Shown: positions 58,783 through 64,000 of the stretch, piece after piece
Numbering within the stretch: the stretch's first letter is position 1
Layout of the letters: the number at the start of each line of letters is the position of its first letter
Assembly (NCBI GenBank): GCA_021786385.1
Contig: JAJYNJ010000077.1
Location: forward strand, 12,329-76,328
DNA length: 64,000 nucleotides
Reading direction: 5' to 3'
Source: Chloroflexota bacterium
GTDB lineage: Bacteria > Chloroflexota > Limnocylindria > Limnocylindrales > CSP1-4
The notes under the pieces: generated by a model
Databases searched by the model: none
Told to the model about the DNA's origin: nothing
The model's input: the letters and a program-made list of their open reading frames with translations, nothing else
Position numbers and translations under genes: made by a program

Positions 58783-59679
58783 CTAGTTTCGCCGCCCCCC
58801 GAAGATCGAGCGCGCGATCCGCACCTCGTCCCGATCGGGTGCCTCCGGCAGCTCCGCCAGGTAGCGGTCCAGGCCGCGCACCGCGTCGGTGAACCGGCCA
58901 CAGCGCCCGTACAGGAGCGCCCGATCGCGCCGCAACGCCGGGTCCGCCGGGTCCAGGATCACGAGCAGCTCGAGCATCGCGAGCGCCGGCGCCCATTCTC
59001 GGCGCGCGAGGTAGATCCCGCGCAGGTTGCCCAGGATCCGGGCGATGATCTCGTGCCGGCTCGCTGGGCGCAGCATCGAACGGCGGAACGGGACCGCGTG
59101 TCCGAGCGCCTCCTCCATCAACCGTTCGCAATCGTCAGGCGAGAGTGAGCGCCCGCGGTCGTACGGGTCGATCAGGCGACCATCGGGCCCGCCCAGGATG
59201 AAGTGGCCCGGCAGCCCGATTCCATACAGGGGCAGGCCCAGGCGCCACCCGACTTCGAGCTCGAGGACGCCCAGCGCGATGGGGAGGCCACGGCGGAACC
59301 GAACGACCTCGGCGAGGTACGTGTGCCGAGGTTCCCACGCGTCGCGGGGCGCGCCGCGCAGCGCCAAGTCGTCGTACAGCACGTGGTGGAGGCCGTCGAG
59401 GATCACATCGAGTGCCGCGGGGGTCCGGATGCCGGCTTCGCGATGAGCCGCGTCTCGCAACCCGGGTGGCAGCACGCTGCGCACGCGCTCGGCCAGCATG
59501 TCCAGCTCGTCGTGCAGAGCGCGTGGGCTGGATGCGGGGTCGGTCTCGGCCGCGATGCACGCACAGACGGCGGCCAGATCGATCAGCGGATCCGGCATGG
59601 CGACCAGCTCGGCGAAGCGTGCGCGCATGGCGGGTGCCTGCGGGATCCGCCGCGGATCGCGAGGGGACGGCTCGACCAT
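58783..59679 (-). CDS. SirB1/transglutaminase-like TPR protein
   Basis: RRGLPIAL, GLPGHF, IDPY, RILGNLR, RDRALL. Confidence 0.88.
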   Translation of the reverse strand: MVEPSPRDPRRIPQAPAMRARFAELVAMPDPLIDLAAVCACIAAETDPASSPRALHDELDMLAERVRSVLPPGLRDAAHREAGIRTPAALDVILDGLHHVLYDDLALRGAPRDAWEPRHTYLAEVVRFRRGLPIALGVLELEVGWRLGLPLYGIGLPGHFILGGPDGRLIDPYDRGRSLSPDDCERLMEEALGHAVPFRRSMLRPASRHEIIARILGNLRGIYLARREWAPALAMLELLVILDPADPALRRDRALLYGRCGRFTDAVRGLDRYLAELPEAPDRDEVRIARSIFGGRRN

Positions 59680-59715
59680 TGCTGCATCGTAGGGGAGAAG
59701 GGTGCCATCTGTCGC

Positions 59716-60204
59716 GTGCCGCCTGCCCCGCGCCGCCTCCCCCCGCTGTCCGTCACCTGGTCTCCCGTGATAGCCTCGCAGGCGCCCATGTTCAACTTGC
59801 GCGACGTTCCCGGCCTGCCCGATCCCGACCTCCGGCCGCCGGTGGTGGCCGAATCGGGCGACCCGTTCGCGGCCCTGCGCGTGGTGCACCTCCTGGCCCA
59901 GATCCCGCGAGGCCAGCCGATCCGTGTGCGGGACATCGTCGACGCGCTCAACGCTCGCTGGCTCGACTGGTCGTTCGATCGGAAGGTCGTCACCGACGCG
60001 ATCGTCCAGCTGCAGGCGAACTGGATGGCCGACTACCGCACCGTCGACGGGATCCGGCTCGGATCGGACGCCTACGGCGAGACGGTGACGATCGAGGATT
60101 CGAGCCGGGTCGATCCGTGGATCGTGCTCCAGGTGCGCGCGCTCGCCGAGGCGTGTCGGGAGCGGCTGCGCGAGTTTGCGCGGGACGAGGGCGGAATCCC
60201 GTGA
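59716..60204 (+). CDS. Hypothetical protein (possible winged-helix)
   Basis: Good codon usage; stop overlaps the next GTG; start uncertain. Confidence 0.7.
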   Translation: MPPAPRRLPPLSVTWSPVIASQAPMFNLRDVPGLPDPDLRPPVVAESGDPFAALRVVHLLAQIPRGQPIRVRDIVDALNARWLDWSFDRKVVTDAIVQLQANWMADYRTVDGIRLGSDAYGETVTIEDSSRVDPWIVLQVRALAEACRERLREFARDEGGIP

Positions 60205-61157
60205 GCGAGGCGGGAGCCGCCGATCGGGCCGCCGGCCGGGTGGCCGACCCTGCCGCCACCGGGCGCCCGCCGGCGCGCCGCGCCAGCCACGTCTGGGCCG
60301 ATGGCCTCCTCGTGCCCGCCGACACGCCACTCCTCACCGCGACCGATCGCGGGTTCCAGGTGGGCGACGGCGTCTTCGAGACGATCCGTGTCTGTGAGGG
60401 TCGGATCCTCGAATTGCCGCTTCACGCCGAGCGGCTCCGGGCGTCGGCCGCGGCGCTCGGGATCCCGCTTCCCGACGAGATCGAGACCACGCTTCGGGTG
60501 GCGATCGCCGAGCTCCTCGCGGCGGATGCGCTCGTCGGCCCCCGGGTCGAGGTCTCGGTGCGCGTGACGGTCACGCGGGGCCCTGTTGAGGGTCGCGACC
60601 TGCTGCCGCCCACCGACGTCCGACCGACGATGGTCGTGCAGGCGTGGCCGGTGGCGCGGCCGTCGCCCGAACTGCTCACGCGCGGCCTGCACCTCGCGAT
60701 CTCGACGGTCCGCCGCGACCCGAACAGCCCGCTGGCCGCGGTCAAGACGACGAGTCGCGCCGAGTTCGTCTACGCGCGGCTCGAGGCGCGACGGCGCGGC
60801 GCCGACGACGCCCTCTTCCTGACGATCGATGGCCACCTCGCCGAGGCCACCTCCGCGAGCGTCTTCATCGTGAAGGACGGTGAGCTCGCAACGCCGGCAC
60901 TGGAGTGCGGGATCCTGGTCGGAACGACGCGCGAGTGGCTGCTGCGCTGGGCGCCCAGGGTCGGCCTGCGGGCCCGCGAGGGATGGATCGCGCCGGATGA
61001 GCTCTTCGCTGCCGATGAGGCGTTGCTGGCGAGTTCGGTGGCGGGCGTGCTCCCGGTGACGCGGGTCGACGAGCGGCCGATCGGGACGGGTCAGCCCGGC
61101 CGCTGGACGCTGCGCGCGCGCGCCGCCCGCGAGGCGCTTGCCTGCGGCGAAAGATGA
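60201..61157 (+). CDS. Aminotransferase class IV (IlvE/PabC-like)
   Basis: DRGFQVGDGVFET, HAERL, KTTSR, EATSASVF, GILVGTTR. Confidence 0.92.
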   Translation: MSEAGAADRAAGRVADPAATGRPPARRASHVWADGLLVPADTPLLTATDRGFQVGDGVFETIRVCEGRILELPLHAERLRASAAALGIPLPDEIETTLRVAIAELLAADALVGPRVEVSVRVTVTRGPVEGRDLLPPTDVRPTMVVQAWPVARPSPELLTRGLHLAISTVRRDPNSPLAAVKTTSRAEFVYARLEARRRGADDALFLTIDGHLAEATSASVFIVKDGELATPALECGILVGTTREWLLRWAPRVGLRAREGWIAPDELFAADEALLASSVAGVLPVTRVDERPIGTGQPGRWTLRARAAREALACGER

Positions 61158-61209
61158 CGATTGCCCGTGGGGCGCGGACGGCGCCCGTGACGGCGCTGGG
61201 GCGGATGCG

Positions 61210-61572
61210 ATGAACCGTGCCCGGGCGATCGCCGAGACCGCGCGGCTCGCGGCCGAGGGTGAACGGCTGGAGGCGGCGCCGACCCTTGGCCGTCTGCGGC
61301 TCTGGTTGCAGCTCTCCGACGACCTGCTGAGCACGATCTGGGGCACGATGGACCGCTACCACCTCGCGTGGCTGCTGGTGGGACGACCCGCTGCGCCCCG
61401 CGGTCGCCCGATGACGCCCGACGAAGAGGCGGCGTACGTGCGCGACGTCGCCGGGCAGAAGACGGCGGTGCTGCGGATGAGCCTGCGGGCGCTCGAGGCT
61501 CAGGGCATCCCGTTCGTGGGGGAGACGGAGTCGGCAGGGACGATGGCGACGGGCGACGAGGCGGAACCATGA
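61210..61572 (+). CDS. Hypothetical helical protein
   Basis: MNRARAIAE..WGTMDRYHLAWL; stop overlaps the next ATG. Confidence 0.65.
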   Translation: MNRARAIAETARLAAEGERLEAAPTLGRLRLWLQLSDDLLSTIWGTMDRYHLAWLLVGRPAAPRGRPMTPDEEAAYVRDVAGQKTAVLRMSLRALEAQGIPFVGETESAGTMATGDEAEP

Positions 61573-62960
61573 CGGGGGAGCGACGGACGGAGCCGCTCCC
61601 GGCCCGCGGCGAGCTCGTCCTGCCGGAGCGCGAGCTCGTGCCCGCCGTCGGCGGGCAGCGCCGCGTGCCGGCGCCCGACCCCGTGGCGCGCGACTACCTT
61701 CTGCTGGCCCTGCGCCTCGACCAGCACGTCCCCGGACTGGTCGACGGGTACTACGGGCCGCGCGACCTGAAGGCGCAGGTCGACCTCGAGAACCTGCGTC
61801 CTCCGGCGCGCCTCGCTGAGGACGCGGCCGCGCTGCGGGAGCGGGTCGCCGCGGAGGTGGCCGAGCCGGATCGGCGGCGCTGGCTCGACCGCCAGCTTGT
61901 CGCGCTCGAGACGCAGGCCGCGCGCTTGGCCGGGGCCGCGATTCCCTACGTGGACGAGGTGATCCGCTGCTTCGACGCCCCCCCGACGCGCCTGCCACCG
62001 GCGACTTACGCCGAGGTGCGGCGCGAGCTCGATGGGTTACTGCCGGGTCGCGGGGGCCTGCTGCCCCGCCTCGAGGCGTGGGACGCCCGCTTCGTCATCC
62101 CGGCCGACCGGGTCCGGGCCGTGGTCGACGCGCTCCTGCCCCCGATTCGCGCGGCGTCGCTGGCGCACGTTCCGGCACCCGAAGGCGAAGCGCTGCAAGT
62201 CACGCTGGTCACGGACCAGCCGTGGAGCGGCTACAACTGGTACGACGGTGGGCTGCGTTCGCGGGTCGATCTGAACGTCGACCTGCCGATCCGGCCGGCG
62301 GCGCTGATCGATACGCTCACCCACGAGACGTACCCGGGCCACCACCTGGAGCACGCCTGGAAGGAAGAGCGGCTGGTGATGGAGCTGGGCCGGCTCGAAG
62401 GCACCGTGCTGTTGATCAACACGCCGGAGTGCTTCATCAGCGAGGGGCTGGCGGAGCTCGGTCGGCGCTTCACGCTCGACCAGCCCACGCGCGTGGCGCT
62501 CCTGCGCACGGCCTGCGTGGAGGCGGGACTGCCAGCGAGCGACGACGATCTGGCGCGCCAGCTCGCCATCTCGGCGAGCCTGCACCGTCTGCGCGGCGCC
62601 GACGGCGACGCGGCGCTGCTGCGGCACGCCGAGGGCCGTTCCAGGGCCGATCTCCTCGCCTTTCTGGTCGAAGAAGCGCTGTCGTCGCCTGAACGTGCCG
62701 AGAAGCGGCTCGCGTTCATCGAGCATCCCCTCTGGCGTACCTACGTGTTCAGTTACGCGGGCGGGGAGGCGCTGCTGGGGGCATGGTGCGAGGCGGCGGG
62801 CTCCGAGGCGGGCGCCCGCGGCCGTTTCCTGCGGTTGCTCACAGAGCAGCTCACGCCGTCGGGCATCAGGGAGGAGCTGGAGGCGGAGCCGAGGGAGGAT
62901 TCCTCACCGCTCAACGAGCGGCGAGGAACGCACCGACGGCCGTCAGCACGACTTCGATGA
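61569..62960 (+). CDS. DUF885-like protein
   Basis: WSGYNWY, HETYPGHHLEH, ISEGLA. Confidence 0.8.
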   Translation: MTGERRTEPLPARGELVLPERELVPAVGGQRRVPAPDPVARDYLLLALRLDQHVPGLVDGYYGPRDLKAQVDLENLRPPARLAEDAAALRERVAAEVAEPDRRRWLDRQLVALETQAARLAGAAIPYVDEVIRCFDAPPTRLPPATYAEVRRELDGLLPGRGGLLPRLEAWDARFVIPADRVRAVVDALLPPIRAASLAHVPAPEGEALQVTLVTDQPWSGYNWYDGGLRSRVDLNVDLPIRPAALIDTLTHETYPGHHLEHAWKEERLVMELGRLEGTVLLINTPECFISEGLAELGRRFTLDQPTRVALLRTACVEAGLPASDDDLARQLAISASLHRLRGADGDAALLRHAEGRSRADLLAFLVEEALSSPERAEKRLAFIEHPLWRTYVFSYAGGEALLGAWCEAAGSEAGARGRFLRLLTEQLTPSGIREELEAEPREDSSPLNERRGTHRRPSARLR

Positions 62961-63510
62961 CCTCGAGCGGCCCAACGATCCCGCCGAAGTACGCTGGGAA
63001 CGGGGTGGCGGCGATGCGCTGCGCGATGTCGAGCCGAGAGTCCAGCAGGGTGGCGCGCGTCCAGAGATAGACGAGCACCTGCCCCGTGCCCCACGCCGCG
63101 AGCGCGAACCCGATGGCCAGGACGCGCGGTGCGATGCGCTGCACGTGGCGCTCCCCCCGCCAGGCGCCGGCCGCCAGCAGCGCCCCGATCAGCCACCCGC
63201 CGGCAAGTGCGACGACCACCATCCCCCAGTCCAAGCCGAGGACGCCCTCGAGCAGCAGCCACACGACGGCGACGCCGGCCCAGCCCGCCAGTCCCAGGGC
63301 GAGCGCGCGCCCCGTCGCTGGGTGGGCCGCCGCCGGCGGTGCCTCCCGGGAGACCAGTCGTTCGCCCGGTGGCCGATCGAGCGGGCGCGTCGCGGCGGGC
63401 CGCACGTCGCCCGGCGCCCGCGCGATCGCGTCGGCGCGGTCTCCTGCCGGTGACGCTGGCCGTGCCCCGGGCACGCTGTCGTCCTGCGCGGTCGGTAGCG
63501 GCGGTTCCAC
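62911..63510 (-). CDS. Hypothetical membrane protein
   Basis: Four hydrophobic segments; convergent overlap with the preceding gene. Confidence 0.7.
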   Translation of the reverse strand: MEPPLPTAQDDSVPGARPASPAGDRADAIARAPGDVRPAATRPLDRPPGERLVSREAPPAAAHPATGRALALGLAGWAGVAVVWLLLEGVLGLDWGMVVVALAGGWLIGALLAAGAWRGERHVQRIAPRVLAIGFALAAWGTGQVLVYLWTRATLLDSRLDIAQRIAATPFPAYFGGIVGPLEVIEVVLTAVGAFLAAR

Positions 63511-63632
63511 ACGGCAACTGTATCGCCGGCGGGCAGCTCCGTACCGCCACGATGGGCGCCCCGCGCACGAAGCGGTGGCCGGGGCCGCCGGCCGCCCTCG
63601 CCACGACGGCCCCAGGCGCTACACTCTGCGCG

Positions 63633-64000
63633 ATGCAGACACCGACGCGGCCGTCACGCACGCGGCCGCCCGCGCGGACGTCCGTGAACGGCGCCGCTTC
63701 GCCGAACGCTCCGCTTCCGCCCATGCCCGAAGCTGCAGCACGGCTGCGGACCGGCCAGGCGCGCCTCGCCGCCGACGCCTTGCGCGCGGCGCTGGCTCGT
63801 GACCCGGGCCTCGGCACGCGGTACGACGCGGACCAGCTCCGCACATTCCTGCGCGACTGTCAGCGCCACGTCATCCAGCTCGCCCTCGCGCTCGAGGAGG
63901 GCCGCGTAGGCCGCATGACCGAGTACGTCGACGTGATCGTCCCGGTCTTCCGTCGTCGGCGCGTGCCGCTCGAAGATCTGGCGACGATGCTGCTGGGCAC
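63633..64000 (+). CDS. Hypothetical globin-like helical protein (partial)
   Basis: Open frame to the window end: PEAAARLR..RYDADQLRTFLRDCQRHVIQLALAL..RRRVPLEDL; TACACT 7 nt before the ATG. Confidence 0.7.
   Translation, partial: MQTPTRPSRTRPPARTSVNGAASPNAPLPPMPEAAARLRTGQARLAADALRAALARDPGLGTRYDADQLRTFLRDCQRHVIQLALALEEGRVGRMTEYVDVIVPVFRRRRVPLEDLATMLLG

Overview
Very GC-rich bacterial chromosomal window. Gene content suggests a Chloroflexota-like organism, but this is inference. About 60 real CDSs lie under many spurious shadow ORFs. Housekeeping content: hsp20-hspR-lon heat-shock operon with a HAIR-like operator; nagA; a K+-transport cluster (metallophosphoesterase, KimA-like APC, USP, two TrkA); rsmG; csoR and a histidine kinase; hpt; livKHMGF; NYN, holB and acyP; tRNA-Arg(CCG) and tRNA-Asp(GTC); two cyclophilins; ltaE; kamA. 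No CRISPR array, prophage or intact mobile element was seen. Most notable: (1) a free-standing ~180-nt structured RNA candidate (26935-27113, minus) with its own -35/-10 promoter, a 13-bp 3' hairpin and a four-G-tract motif; (2) a second structured RNA candidate upstream of rsmG beside DnaA-like boxes; (3) a two-component-system-linked operon encoding a ferredoxin-fused GltD-like Fe-S flavoprotein and two paralogous unknown membrane proteins, a candidate undescribed membrane redox module; (4) an MMPL transporter fused to an AttH/CrtC-like lipocalin; (5) a LivG ATPase with an inserted transmembrane hairpin; (6) decayed vapBC and LLM-oxidoreductase relics; (7) frequent apparently leaderless genes. 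Family calls come from motif recognition by eye, not from database searches.
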